From a virus (taxonomy: Duplodnaviria; Caudoviricetes), in the IMG/VR virus record IMGVR_UViG_3300048998_000084, positions 1-43,017 of that record: a stretch of 43,017 bases of DNA. One strand, 5' to 3'. A program made the position numbers and the translations under genes. This document shows positions 34,244-42,246 of the stretch, in pieces; the stretch's first letter is position 1; the number at the start of each line of letters is the position of its first letter. The notes under the pieces are model-generated. The model had not been told where the DNA came from, did no database searches, and saw only the letters and a list, made by a program, of their open reading frames with translations.

Positions 34244-34476
34244 TGCACAGCCTCGCGGTCTGCGGCTGCTGCCGCTTCGATCTGCAACTCGCGGGCTGTC
34301 TTGTTTGCGCTGCCTGCTGGGCGCCCTGGGCCGCGGCGCTCTGCTGCCGGTGCTGGTGCCATGCCCGTCAGCGCGAACAGCTCCTGCGTGCGCCTGTCGC
34401 GCTCTGCTATGCCTTCACTCAGCGTGCGCACAAAGTCTGCGTGCGGCAGCGCTTCCCATTCGATGTTGGATGCCAT
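34240..34476 (-). CDS. Small protein with AT-hook-like motif RRGPGRPAGSANK
   Basis: ATG after AAACAGGGAAAAG. Confidence 0.65.
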   Translation of the reverse strand: MASNIEWEALPHADFVRTLSEGIAERDRRTQELFALTGMAPAPAAERRGPGRPAGSANKTARELQIEAAAAADREAVQ

Positions 34477-34514
34477 GTCTTTTCCCTGTTTGGTTGTGCC
34501 GCTGTGAGCGGCGT

Positions 34515-34739
34515 TTACGTCAGTGAAATCAGAAAGCCGAGCACGCACATGATCACGAACAGCATGCCGATCGACATCGGCTTTTTGCCGGGCGGGTTCA
34601 TGCGGATGAGGTACTCGCGCTCACCCGGAAACAGCTCGCCATCGTAGCTATCGAGCTGCGCCTCGCTCGCGCCTGCAGCCCTGGCTTTGCCGATCGCCTG
34701 CGTGCGCAGCGCCTCGTATTGCTTCGCCGTGAGCCCCAT
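34515..34739 (-). CDS. Small protein with C-terminal transmembrane helix
   Basis: IGMLFVIMCVLGFLISLT; GGAGAG RBS. Confidence 0.6.
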   Translation of the reverse strand: MGLTAKQYEALRTQAIGKARAAGASEAQLDSYDGELFPGEREYLIRMNPPGKKPMSIGMLFVIMCVLGFLISLT

Positions 34740-34742
34740 GGC

Positions 34743-34862
34743 TCAGCTCTCTCCCCAAAGGATGATGGCAGCCGCGATGGGCACGCCGATAAGCGGCAGC
34801 CCGATGTAGCTCATGGCCGCAACAATGATGGTCGCGAGAACTCCACGTTGATTCAGTGACAT
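34743..34862 (-). CDS. 39-aa hydrophobic peptide (possible holin-like)
   Basis: MSLNQRGVLATIIVAAMSYIGLPLIGVPIAAAIILWGES after AAACAGGGAG; directly downstream of the endolysin. Confidence 0.55.
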   Translation of the reverse strand: MSLNQRGVLATIIVAAMSYIGLPLIGVPIAAAIILWGES

Positions 34863-34921
34863 CGTTATCTCCCTGTTTGTCTGTGTTGGCGTACTGCTAC
34901 TGCGTTGCGATTGCAATCGGG

Positions 34922-35470
34922 TTACGGATCGAAAGTGCCCAACTCGAAGTGCATGCTGTCTTGCGACGCGCCATGCCAGTCCGCCCCGGCAACGATGCCG
35001 CATTCGTTCGCGAGCGGAATCAGCTCGAGAATGCACCCAGGCTCACCGAGCTTCGCGCCTGGTCGTCCCATCGGGTTGTAGGCCGCGTTCAAGTCGAGCG
35101 CGAGCCCGCGCGCGTGTCTGCTCAGCCCGTACTTGTTGAGCGGCACATTGTCGCCACGCTTGAGGCGCGGGTTATAGCTGCCGTTGTTCGAGATGATGTG
35201 CTTGAACAGCTTCTGTTCGCTGATGAGCGAGAACCACGCCTTGAACTGGTCGGCGGCGCCCTTGTGCATCTTGAACGTGCCCTGAAAGCCGAAGCTCGCA
35301 GGAAACGCCACCTTCACAAGGTTGTCGCGTTCCCACTGCGGGTTGACGCGCACCTCGCGTGTTGCAGCGATGACCACGCAGTCGATCGGGAAGCGCGCAT
35401 CAAGCTCCGACTGCGAGAGTTGGCGCGGCTTGCGTAGCTTGCTGAGCGGTGTTGGTGGAGCTTGGGTCAC
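34922..35470 (-). CDS. M15-family metallopeptidase (probable endolysin)
   Basis: GSYNPR, SRHARGLALDLN (SxHxxGxAxD) and GADW..DSMHFE zinc-binding motifs. Confidence 0.88.
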   Translation of the reverse strand: MTQAPPTPLSKLRKPRQLSQSELDARFPIDCVVIAATREVRVNPQWERDNLVKVAFPASFGFQGTFKMHKGAADQFKAWFSLISEQKLFKHIISNNGSYNPRLKRGDNVPLNKYGLSRHARGLALDLNAAYNPMGRPGAKLGEPGCILELIPLANECGIVAGADWHGASQDSMHFELGTFDP

Positions 35471-35649
35471 TTCGCAGCCTCGGCTTTCTTGCGCTCGGTA
35501 TGCTCACGCTTCGCGCAGACCATGTGCACGACGTGCCAGGAGCCCGACCCGTCTGTGAGCAGGCCGCTGTCTGCCACGTCGAGCGCTTCGAGGTCGTCCT
35601 CGTCCATCTCGACGCACGGCAGACCGCAGTGCTTGCAGTTGTAAATCAC
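35467..35649 (-). CDS. Small Zn-binding protein
   Basis: CKHC...HMVC; GTGA coupling. Confidence 0.6.
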   Translation of the reverse strand: MIYNCKHCGLPCVEMDEDDLEALDVADSGLLTDGSGSWHVVHMVCAKREHTERKKAEAAK

Positions 35650-36011
35650 AGCAGCTTGTTCCCATGCCGATGTGCGCGGCCGATGTTGTAGCTGTGCTTC
35701 TCCTCGAGCGCGGCGCTGAGGTCGATGCCCAGCATGTCGGCCAGGTCGAGCGTGCGGATGATGATGTCAGCAAGCTCGCTGGGTAGGCCCACAGGCTTGG
35801 CGCTGAACGGGTCGCACGATGGCGCGAGCTCGCCCTCGCGCACGGCTTCGCACGCCTCGGCCACCTCGGTTGTGATGAGCATCAGCTGCGCGCCGATGAA
35901 CTGCGCCAGCGCGCGCGTCTCGGTTGGCAAGCGCTCGTCACGCCAGCCCTTGTCCCTGTTGTTCGACGCGATGGCGCGCGTCCAGTCTTCAATGGTCCAT
36001 TTTCGTATCAT
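35646..36011 (-). CDS. MazG-like nucleotide pyrophosphohydrolase (NTP-PPase)
   Basis: LMLITTEVAEACEAVR..PSELADIIIR.LDLA..GIDL..A.EEK..YN..R.HRHG.K. Confidence 0.88.
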   Translation of the reverse strand: MIRKWTIEDWTRAIASNNRDKGWRDERLPTETRALAQFIGAQLMLITTEVAEACEAVREGELAPSCDPFSAKPVGLPSELADIIIRTLDLADMLGIDLSAALEEKHSYNIGRAHRHGNKLL

Positions 36012-36523
36012 GGCTTGAGTCTCCTCTCGGTCTGTGCAGCTGCTAGCTGCGTCCATGTCACGTCTGCATGTGGCGGCAGCGCCTTGTGTGCCTGCATGCC
36101 TTCCGGCTTCTCGAGCACTTCAGCCAGGAGCGCCGGCAGCTCGAGCGGCGTCTTTCCCTCCGGCAGCCATGGGCTGATCGAGCGGCTCAGCTGCTTGTGT
36201 GTGCCGCCCAGGTGCGCCCAGCCGAGCAGGTAGCCCCGCGCCAGCTTGGCGCCGAGCAGTCCCACCACGTTCAACCCGAGCAGCCCCGCGCGCCCTACCC
36301 CGATCACCAGCGCAGCAGCCAGCAGCCGGGCCACAGCGGCAGCGCCCAGCACGAAGCTGCCCACGCCCCAGCTGACGGCGTCCAGGGCACCTGACGCATC
36401 GTCGTCGCAGGAATCGGCCGTTGCGCAGCCGCAGCCGCCAGCGGCAGGGGACACCTGCACCTGGACGGCCACGGCCACGCGTACGCCGTTGCGCTCGATC
36501 ACGAGCGGCTTGGGCCTGGTCAC
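36008..36523 (-). CDS. Membrane protein
   Basis: Long hydrophobic central stretch; GGAGG RBS before GTG. Confidence 0.6.
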   Translation of the reverse strand: MTRPKPLVIERNGVRVAVAVQVQVSPAAGGCGCATADSCDDDASGALDAVSWGVGSFVLGAAAVARLLAAALVIGVGRAGLLGLNVVGLLGAKLARGYLLGWAHLGGTHKQLSRSISPWLPEGKTPLELPALLAEVLEKPEGMQAHKALPPHADVTWTQLAAAQTERRLKP

Positions 36524-36608
36524 TTGCGCCTCCGATCTTCGACCCACTCAGCGATCGTCAACAGAGCGAACAGCGCTAGCGCTGCCCACGCCGAGATCTC
36601 TCCGGTGC

Positions 36609-36692
36609 TCACTTGCGCCACCTGTCGGCGATCTCGTCGATCGCCAGCGCCAGCACGAAGGCAAGCGCGAACAGTCCGGCCACCTTGATCAC
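36609..36692 (-). CDS. 27-aa single-TM peptide (MIKVAGLFALAFVLALAIDEIADRWRK)
   Basis: Hand-translated; GTGA-coupled to the upstream ORF. Confidence 0.5.
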   Translation of the reverse strand: MIKVAGLFALAFVLALAIDEIADRWRK

Positions 36693-36874
36693 GCCAGCAC
36701 CTTGCACCGCTGATGCGCGTTGCCTCTGTCGCGTCGGTGACCGCACCAGCGGCACGTCGCGTGGTTGCCTTCCCACTCTGCCCATTCGTGCGGCAAGTAG
36801 CGCTCGCGCGCCATGTGGTCCTCGGGTGCGAAGCGCAGCAGCTCGCGCACGCCCTTGATGATGCCGGTGATCAC
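36689..36874 (-). CDS. Small protein with H..CxxC..C motif
   Basis: GTGA coupling on both sides. Confidence 0.55.
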   Translation of the reverse strand: MITGIIKGVRELLRFAPEDHMARERYLPHEWAEWEGNHATCRWCGHRRDRGNAHQRCKVLA

Positions 36875-37113
36875 AGCGACCCCCGACACACGCGGCAGTA
36901 CGGCACCGCGCCGGTCTCGTCGTGTGTGACTGCGGGCTTGTGCGATGCGAGCCCGAACGCGCACGGCATGGTCGCTCGGTTCGCTGCGTCTACTGCGTCG
37001 TCAGCGAGCTGCGCTGCGCTGCGCCCAGCCTTGCGGATGGCCTTGTCGCCGCTGCTGGCTGCGCGGCCGCACCACGCGAGCAGCCCTACCCCTACGGCAA
37101 GCTCGATGATCAT
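36871..37113 (-). CDS. Membrane-anchored small protein with C..H..CxxC motif
   Basis: GAGG RBS and ATGA coupling. Confidence 0.6.
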   Translation of the reverse strand: MIIELAVGVGLLAWCGRAASSGDKAIRKAGRSAAQLADDAVDAANRATMPCAFGLASHKPAVTHDETGAVPYCRVCRGSL

Positions 37114-37340
37114 GACTTCACCTCGAAGGCTGGGCACCAGTCGAGCACGTTGCGCTGCGTCTGCACCGTCTGGCAGTACGCGCACACGGGCGGGTTGCTG
37201 AGGCCGTACTGCCAGTGATGCTTGCGGCTGATGTCGCGCGGCACGTCGTGCTTGCGCGTTGCGTCGGCGATGGCCTCTGCCGCTTTGGTGACGCCGGGCA
37301 CGAGGCCGAGCAGCTGGGCAACGATGCTGAAGAAGCTCAT
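37110..37340 (-). CDS. Hydrophobic-N-terminus small protein with H..CxxC..C motif
   Basis: ATGA coupling on both sides. Confidence 0.6.
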   Translation of the reverse strand: MSFFSIVAQLLGLVPGVTKAAEAIADATRKHDVPRDISRKHHWQYGLSNPPVCAYCQTVQTQRNVLDWCPAFEVKS

Positions 37341-37486
37341 TTCATCCCCCATGCGAGCAGCCAGCAGAACGCAATCAGCGCAAAGCAACCGATCGCCATC
37401 AGCGAGACAGCGACCACGTTCTCCTGCCGCTCCTCGGCCAGCAGCATCTTCTGCTCGATCTCGTGTATCTCCTCAGTGAGTTTCAT
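37337..37486 (-). CDS. 49-aa coiled-coil plus C-terminal TM peptide
   Basis: Hand-translated: MKLTEEIHEIEQKMLLAEERQENVVAVSLMAIGCFALIAFCWLLAWGMK. Confidence 0.55.
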   Translation of the reverse strand: MKLTEEIHEIEQKMLLAEERQENVVAVSLMAIGCFALIAFCWLLAWGMK

Positions 37487-37736
37487 GGCTGCCCCCGTTG
37501 TCGTTCGCTGTCTCGACCTTGCGCAGGTTCAGCTTCATGCGGACATGGTAAGCGTCAGCATCGACGCGCGCGGCGACGGCGAAGTTGTCCTCCCCCAGCG
37601 CCTCGAGCGTGCGCGCGAGCTCGTGCATCTTGAGCACGACGTCCTGGTACGCGTCGCGGATGCGCGTGGGCTTGTCTACACGTGCAATCGGATCTGGATA
37701 CCGTGGGAGGGGCTTTTGCATTGCTCGTAGTGACAT
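37473..37736 (-). CDS. Hypothetical helical protein
   Basis: ATG after AAACAGGGAAAA, which is embedded in the resolvase 3' end. Confidence 0.6.
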   Translation of the reverse strand: MSLRAMQKPLPRYPDPIARVDKPTRIRDAYQDVVLKMHELARTLEALGEDNFAVAARVDADAYHVRMKLNLRKVETANDNGGSHETH

Positions 37737-38227
37737 GTGTGTTTTCCCTGTTTGATGGTTGCGTCGTAGTGGCCGATGGCCGCTCGGTTGATCTCTGAGT
37801 CGCCGCACGCGATCCATGCGAACACGGCATCGCGCACGTGCTTGAACGCGCTCTGCAGGTTGTCGTCATCCAGCTGGTTGGGGCTGAGACGCACGAGAGT
37901 CACGCCGCTGATGGCTGCACGCCAGTATGGGTCGTTCGGCAGCAATCCCCGCAGCGCCAGTAGAGTGAGGTCGATGTGTTTCTTTGCCGTCGCTGTTTTC
38001 ATCCAGCGCGCGCCGCCTGCGTTGTACTGCTCGCGACTGAGGTACAGCGGCAACGTCAGCCAGATGCCGTTGTTGTGTACAACCACAGCCTGCTCGACGA
38101 GCGCCACCGTGCGCTTGGTCTTGGCCTTCGGCGGCTTGGCGCGCGCGCTCGGCTTGGTGTCGCGCTCGCCCGCGATGAGGCGGCGCAGCTTCTCTGCCTG
38201 CGCGGGATTGCAGCGGGTGAGAAGCAT
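37676..38227 (-). CDS. RusA-like Holliday junction resolvase
   Basis: VTLVRLSPNQLDDDNLQSAFKHVRDAV (DxDN..K..D catalytic pattern). Confidence 0.75.
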   Translation of the reverse strand: MLLTRCNPAQAEKLRRLIAGERDTKPSARAKPPKAKTKRTVALVEQAVVVHNNGIWLTLPLYLSREQYNAGGARWMKTATAKKHIDLTLLALRGLLPNDPYWRAAISGVTLVRLSPNQLDDDNLQSAFKHVRDAVFAWIACGDSEINRAAIGHYDATIKQGKHTCHYEQCKSPSHGIQIRLHV

Positions 38228-38451
38228 TACTCGACTCGCCTAGGCGCGCGATGTCGGCTGCGGAGCGGTGCGTAGATCTCTTTCGCGTCGGGCCGATTGA
38301 TCACGCCCATGACGAAGTCCATCAACTGTGCGTCCTGCAGCATCATGTGCGCGATCACGCTGCCCACTACCGGAAGCGGATGACCGCTTAGGGTCGCCCC
38401 CACCTTTCGACCCAACTCGATCAAAGCGCGCGCAAACTCGCCTGCGGACAT
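38227..38451 (-). CDS. Hypothetical protein
   Basis: TAATG overlap with the resolvase; start position uncertain. Confidence 0.5.
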   Translation of the reverse strand: MSAGEFARALIELGRKVGATLSGHPLPVVGSVIAHMMLQDAQLMDFVMGVINRPDAKEIYAPLRSRHRAPRRVE

Positions 38452-38648
38452 TGGCACTGCTGGCATGTCTGTATTTCCCACGTCTCGCCTCCCTGGTTGG
38501 TTCGTTGCGTTAGTTGCTGCTTGCGTGGTTCGCCGCACTTGCGGCACTCCACATCGAATGGCCAACGCCGCACGCGTACGCAGCCGATCGGGTCTCGGCC
38601 GCGCTCGTAGGCGGGGCCTAGCTCGACGTGTTCGAGACCGAAGATCAT
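38421..38648 (-). CDS. Zn-ribbon protein
   Basis: CRKC...CQQC; ATGA coupling. Confidence 0.55.
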   Translation of the reverse strand: MIFGLEHVELGPAYERGRDPIGCVRVRRWPFDVECRKCGEPRKQQLTQRTNQGGETWEIQTCQQCQCPQASLRAL

Positions 38649-39160
38649 CGACCTGCCCTCAGCTGCACGGCGGTCTTGATGGCATCTTCGAAGGGCTGCT
38701 CATGCCCAGCGGGCGCAGCGATCGGCAGGTCAACGATCTGCCACCGCTCGAAGTGCCACCGGCGGAACGCATCGGCGATGCGCTTGTCGTCGGGCAGCTC
38801 GCTCTGTGCCAGCACACGCCAAGCGCTGAGCGTGCCGCGCAAGCGTGTCTCGAGCTCGGCGATCGCACGGCGGCGGCGGGTCTGCGCCTCGAGCCAAGCG
38901 GCGATCGATTCCTTCTGGCCGTCAGGCACAACGGCGCCGTCAAGCCAGTCGTTGATCACCGCCCGGTCGGCGCCCTCGAAGCGCTCGGGCACGTTGAACG
39001 GCGCGAAGACCGCCCGGTCCTCGTAGACCAGGCGCGCGATCGCCAACTTGTCGCCGCTGCGCGCGATGCGCACATGACGCGCCGCATGCGCCGTGAGCCC
39101 CGAAACGTTCGGGCCCTGGATGGCAGCGGCTAGCGCGGCCGTGCGTCCGTCCGGGCTCAC
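38645..39160 (-). CDS. Hypothetical protein downstream of the replication initiator
   Basis: GTGA coupling; occupies the usual helicase-loader position but has no P-loop. Confidence 0.6.
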   Translation of the reverse strand: MSPDGRTAALAAAIQGPNVSGLTAHAARHVRIARSGDKLAIARLVYEDRAVFAPFNVPERFEGADRAVINDWLDGAVVPDGQKESIAAWLEAQTRRRRAIAELETRLRGTLSAWRVLAQSELPDDKRIADAFRRWHFERWQIVDLPIAAPAGHEQPFEDAIKTAVQLRAGR

Positions 39161-40137
39161 GAGGCCACCGCCTGCGGTGCCGTCAGCGCGTTGAGCGCCG
39201 CACGCGCCGCTTTCAGCTCAGCAGCGGCTCGCGCGACCCGGTCCGGAAAGTGTGACGCTTCCTTGTCGAACCAGGGCGCGTTGTCCAAACGGTTCACATC
39301 GCGCTGCGCCGCTGTGAGGCGTTCTCTGGCCGTCTGCAGGAGTTCCTGCGCCATCGGCCCCACCGCGCGCACCACGGGCTTTGGAGCGCCTCCTAGGTAC
39401 CTTTGCCAGCGCCCCTCGAGGTGCTTGGCGTCCACGAGGTGCTTGTTCGCTCGGCACCAGGGGTCTGAGTCGATCGCGAGCTTGACCGTCGCGCGCTCGG
39501 CCTCGGGGCGGCTTCCGATCCAGGTGTACTGCCGGGCAAATGCCCCCAGCGGGGGGACATCGAACTCCGACCGGCCGAGCAGGGAGGCGACGAACTTGTA
39601 CCCAACCAAGTCCGGTCGATCGGGAACCCTCGCGCACACGCTCGCGTCCGCGTTCTTCTCTGTCTCGTCTGTCTGTCTGTCTCTTCTGTCTGTCTGTAAA
39701 ACGCGACCTGAATCATTTTGCGGGTTTGACTCACGTGGGATGTTCGACGGTAGTTCGACGGTGGTGCGACGGTCGTTCGACGGTCGTTCGACGGTCGTCG
39801 GACCGACGTTCGACGGTGGTGCGACCGACGTCACGAGTTGGGCGCCTGGGAGGAAGCAGAAGTTGACCAGTCCTGCCCCGTCGTAGGCGATCAGACCTGA
39901 TGTCTGGAAAGCCTTGAGCGCCTTCCTGACGTTCGGTCGATCGCGCCCGTCGATGCAGAGCTGCATGCAGACGCTCTCGAGCCAGTCCTCTCCATGGACT
40001 GCCATCGGGGCCCCGTCAGCGAACTCGAACAAGCGATTACGCAGACCCTGTGCGAACAGGCTTTTGTGGCTGGCCCATCCGGCATGCCACTTGCGTGGCA
40101 TCGGGCAGAACTCATGGCCGATCTTGGCTCGAGACAT
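39157..40137 (-). CDS. Replication initiator (lambda O-like organisation)
   Basis: N-terminal wHTH-like region, central low-complexity linker containing DNA iterons, position after cro. Confidence 0.7.
   Translation of the reverse strand: MSRAKIGHEFCPMPRKWHAGWASHKSLFAQGLRNRLFEFADGAPMAVHGEDWLESVCMQLCIDGRDRPNVRKALKAFQTSGLIAYDGAGLVNFCFLPGAQLVTSVAPPSNVGPTTVERPSNDRRTTVELPSNIPRESNPQNDSGRVLQTDRRDRQTDETEKNADASVCARVPDRPDLVGYKFVASLLGRSEFDVPPLGAFARQYTWIGSRPEAERATVKLAIDSDPWCRANKHLVDAKHLEGRWQRYLGGAPKPVVRAVGPMAQELLQTARERLTAAQRDVNRLDNAPWFDKEASHFPDRVARAAAELKAARAALNALTAPQAVAS
39742..39829. repeat. Eight tandem 11-bp iterons (consensus GTTCGACGGTN), putative replication origin
   Basis: Copies at 39742, 39753, 39764, 39775, 39786, 39797, 39808 and 39819; adjacent (TCTG)n tract at ~39657-39700. 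Confidence 0.8.
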
Positions 40138-40145
40138 TGATGGCC

Positions 40146-40517
40146 TCAGCTCAGCGAGAGCTCTTGCTGCCGATCGGCGAGCGTGACGGCTTGCGTCGTC
40201 ACGACCGAGCCGACGTCATCACGGCGCAGCACCCACGCCTCACGTGCGTCATCCCCGTACTTCTCGACGCGCCACGAGCACGGGACAGCGCGCCGCTCCT
40301 GCTTGCTGAGGATCTCAGTGGCCAGCTTCCGAGCGACGGTGCGCGCCGCCTCGATGCGCTGAGCGAAGATCTTCATCGCCGCAGCCTTCTCCTGCTCGGC
40401 GATATCGAGCGCGTTCTCGGCCTCTGCGAGCTGGTCGCCCTTCAGGCGGAGCTCGCTTGATGTCAGCTCACACAGCAACTCATGATCTTCGGGCGGGCGG
40501 GTACGGTATGAGGGCAC
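40146..40517 (-). CDS. Conserved phage hypothetical protein (coiled coil plus R.D.G..V....T..DRQ..L tail)
   Basis: AAGGAG RBS; recognisable C-terminal motif. Confidence 0.7.
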   Translation of the reverse strand: MPSYRTRPPEDHELLCELTSSELRLKGDQLAEAENALDIAEQEKAAAMKIFAQRIEAARTVARKLATEILSKQERRAVPCSWRVEKYGDDAREAWVLRRDDVGSVVTTQAVTLADRQQELSLS

Positions 40518-40841
40518 GTGTATTCTCCTTCGCTTACGCTTGTATGCTCACAAAACAACGGCGGATTAGGGCGGGCGTGGCTCCCAGCTGGCGGACACTC
40601 CTGATCAGTGTCTTGTTCAGCTAGGAGTCACCCCGCGAGCGGCTCCGGGGGGACGTTGCGCGCTCGAATCACGGCGCATCGCTTCTGCAACAGGACGAGC
40701 AGAAGCTTGCAGCTCTATTGCTGCAAGGTGTGAAAACGCCGTGATTCCAGTGCGTGACGAGCGTGCCACTGCAACAAAACCGCATTGCAACCGAGTTGCG
40801 TTTATGCGTATGACCACACGGTGCAGCGGCGTAGCCATTTG

Positions 40842-41042
40842 TCAGGGCCACTCCTCGATATCGATGCCGGCGAACGCGCGGATCTTGGTCGCGACGCGCC
40901 TGCCGGGATTGCGCTCCTCTGTCTCGATCTTCGAGACGAGCGTTTGATGAATCTCCAGCAGCTCAGCGAGAGCTGCCTGCGACAGGTCAGCTCTCAGCCG
41001 GGCTTGCCGGAGTCGCGCATGCGGTGTCATGGGCTGCTGCAT
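40842..41042 (-). CDS. Cro-like XRE HTH protein
   Basis: LRQARLRADLSQAALAELLEIHQTLVSKIETEERNPG; divergent from the repressor. Confidence 0.9.
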   Translation of the reverse strand: MQQPMTPHARLRQARLRADLSQAALAELLEIHQTLVSKIETEERNPGRRVATKIRAFAGIDIEEWP

Positions 41043-41050
41043 GAGCAACC

Positions 41051-41079
41051 TTTATGACCTTTGTATTAGACGACGTCAA
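41051..41079 (-). promoter_or_regulatory. PR-like promoter TTGACG-N17-CATAAA with operator-like AATACAAAGGTC in the spacer
   Basis: Same architecture as 42177-42205. Confidence 0.6.
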
Positions 41080-41677
41080 CACCGAATACGAAAACTGTCT
41101 TGGCGAGGTGAAGGAAAATGTCTTCGTGCCTCGGAACACCCCAGACCTCGAGCAGTTTCCGCCTGACCTAACTAGGCCGGGGCTGCGGTTTCATTACCTG
41201 CTTTTACAGCTGAAAGAGAAAGGGTGGACTCAGGGTAAAATCGCGAGTGCGATAGGATGCCACCAAACGTTGGTCAGTGACTGGCAGCGGGCTGATTTTG
41301 CTGGGCGCAAAGGTGTGGGGGCCGACATCATCGACGCCTGCATGTCCGGCCCACTCAAGCTGCACTACGACTACTTCTTCTCCGATTACAGCACCTTACC
41401 CGAGGGTCGCCGTGATTTTGTGGAGCTGCCAGACGGCACAATGCGGCAAGCGCGCCCCGGTGAGGCTGACGCGCTGCTGTTCCCGATAGACCTGGACCGC
41501 GCGCGCAATGACCGGCGTATCCGTGAACTAGAAGCGGAAACAAAGGCGAGTCGCACTGAGCGCGCCGAGAGCCGTCAGCAGATACAGGCGATGTCGCAGC
41601 AGCTCGCCCAGCTGACGCAGCTTGTGGGGCAGCTCACTGGCACGACCGCGCCAGGCAAAAAGACCGGGTCGCGCTGA
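41054..41677 (+). CDS. CI-like repressor: XRE HTH plus C-terminal coiled coil (true start probably a downstream GTG)
   Basis: KGWTQGKIASAIGCHQTLVSDW HTH; the recognition helix HQTLVS is shared with Cro. Confidence 0.8.
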   Translation: MTFVLDDVNTEYENCLGEVKENVFVPRNTPDLEQFPPDLTRPGLRFHYLLLQLKEKGWTQGKIASAIGCHQTLVSDWQRADFAGRKGVGADIIDACMSGPLKLHYDYFFSDYSTLPEGRRDFVELPDGTMRQARPGEADALLFPIDLDRARNDRRIRELEAETKASRTERAESRQQIQAMSQQLAQLTQLVGQLTGTTAPGKKTGSR

Positions 41678-41680
41678 GCG

Positions 41681-42064
41681 CTACTGAGGGATCAGCGTGA
41701 CCTCGTAGAGGCTGCGGCAGACCAGCGCGCCGTGCGTATCCGTCAGCGTAACGTCGCTGAGGCCGCTCCACGTCTCATAGTCATCGTTCCGGTGAACGGT
41801 GAGGCGAGCAGTCACCGTGCCGTCAGCGTCTGTACAGCGCTGCACGCGCCCCATGGCGCACGCGCCTGTCGCGGGTATCGGGCCCACCACGACGCAGCCA
41901 GCAGGCGGACCGCTGGGCGTTTGCAGTGACTCGCCCTGCTCTCCGCAGTCTCCGCTCAGCTCGTGCGTGACTAGGTGGTAGGTGCGCGTGCCGTAGTCAC
42001 ACGGCGGCTCGCCCCCGCACGCCGCCAGCACTGCCAGTAGCCACGCCACCGTCAAGATGTGCAT
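41681..42064 (-). CDS. Cys-rich lipoprotein (possible superinfection exclusion)
   Basis: Signal peptide with lipobox LAA-C; six further cysteines; located in the immunity region. Confidence 0.7.
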   Translation of the reverse strand: MHILTVAWLLAVLAACGGEPPCDYGTRTYHLVTHELSGDCGEQGESLQTPSGPPAGCVVVGPIPATGACAMGRVQRCTDADGTVTARLTVHRNDDYETWSGLSDVTLTDTHGALVCRSLYEVTLIPQ

Positions 42065-42164
42065 GGGGCGCGGCTTATATCAGGGATCGCCCTACTGTCA
42101 GCGATCTATTTCACACTCGGGGCAAACAACCCTGCATGCGGCGCATGTTTATTTGCCTTATCTC

Positions 42165-42238
42165 AATACAAAGGTCTTGACCTCTGTCCGGCGCTAATAC
42201 ATAAACCTTGGGTGCTCAAGACAAACACCTTGAGCCCC
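42165..42238 (+). promoter_or_regulatory. PL-like promoter TTGACC-N17-CATAAA, operator-like AATACAAAGGTC and leader hairpin
   Basis: The 12-mer at 42165-42176 is the reverse complement of 41056-41067; hairpin GCTCAAG-ACAAACAC-CTTGAGC. Confidence 0.6.
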
Positions 42239-42246
42239 GAGGCGAG

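Noticed and set aside
39742-39829. Possible CRISPR array
   Set aside because: The repeats are 11 bp, contiguous, have no spacers and lie inside a CDS; there are no cas genes.
40617-40838. cII-like ORF after cro
   Set aside because: Two overlapping candidate ORFs have no recognisable motif, and I cannot decide which, if either, is real.
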